NCBI GenBank assembly: GCA_963976765.1
Contig: CAXBME010000047.1
Span: forward strand, 1 to 36,333
Reading direction: 5' to 3'
Origin: an uncultured Planctomycetaceae bacterium
GTDB lineage: Bacteria > Planctomycetota > Planctomycetia > Planctomycetales > Planctomycetaceae
DNA: 36,333 nucleotides
Shown: piece by piece, positions 36,209 through 36,333 of the stretch
Numbering within the stretch: the stretch's first letter is position 1
Layout: each line of letters begins with the position of its first letter
Program-made: the position numbers and the translations under genes
Notes under the pieces: model-generated
Told to the model about the DNA's origin: nothing
Databases searched by the model: none
Seen by the model: only the letters and a program-made list of their open reading frames with translations

Positions 36209-36245
36209 TTGACACTCTGATGGGGCCTCGGCAGAATCCCGCCCA
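36209..36245 (+). promoter_or_regulatory. Strong sigma70 promoter with GC-rich discriminator
   Basis: TTGACA (36209-14), 17 nt spacer, CAGAAT (36232-37), then CCCGCCCA. AT-rich tract upstream (~36174-36202). Confidence 0.75.
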
Positions 36246-36292
36246 CGACAGCAACACCGAATGCCGGTGACGCTGTTGTTGTTCTTTGACAA
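36245..36292 (+). promoter_or_regulatory. boxB-like hairpin plus boxA-like antitermination element (probable rRNA leader)
   Basis: ACGACAGC..CACCG-AATGC-CGGTG..GCTGTTGT hairpin (36245-36279) immediately followed by TGTTCTTTGACAA (36280-36292), close to the rrn boxA TGCTCTTTAACA. Confidence 0.68.
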
Positions 36293-36333
36293 CCTGGTTG
36301 GAGACCCTGAGAAACGGTCTTTTCTTTGTGGTG

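Noticed and set aside
1..36333. CRISPR array, tRNA, transposase, integrase, prophage or defence genes
   Set aside because: No regularly spaced repeat-spacer units, tRNA-like T-loop/cloverleaf or such protein motifs were seen by eye; short or degenerate elements could have been missed.

Overview
A gene-dense window that reads as a planctomycete chromosome. This is inferred from the PVC-typical Planctomycete cytochrome c, DUF1549/1553, DUF1501, DUF1592-group and DUF1552 families and from an ECF sigma-Ser/Thr kinase pair. From left to right: (1) an ECF sigma factor plus a membrane Ser/Thr kinase with an N-terminal zinc-binding anti-sigma-like finger (minus strand); (2) a divergent BlaI-type repressor plus a large M56/BlaR1-like sensor, preceded by two operator-like palindromes; (3) a plus-strand run of secreted proteins: DUF1549/1553 di-heme cytochrome + Tat DUF1501, DUF1592-group di-heme cytochrome + Tat DUF1552, and a neutral-ceramidase-family/LamG protein, with a 58-codon antisense kinase relic before the last gene; (4) a REP-like palindrome and a convergent three-gene 4-hydroxyproline catabolic set; (5) a second DUF1552/DUF1592 pair (minus); (6) a Gfo/Idh/MocA oxidoreductase, a Pro-rich secreted repeat protein, YqjF/DUF2071 and a DUF4175-like membrane protein; (7) a sigma70 promoter with boxB/boxA-like elements at the right edge, suggesting an rRNA leader. 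The best candidate for an undescribed system is the set of three cytochrome + Tat-partner pairs. Two of them appear to share an unnamed beta-rich insert, and the upstream M56 sensor carries a DUF1549-like motif. All family calls come from motif recognition by eye; no database search was run.
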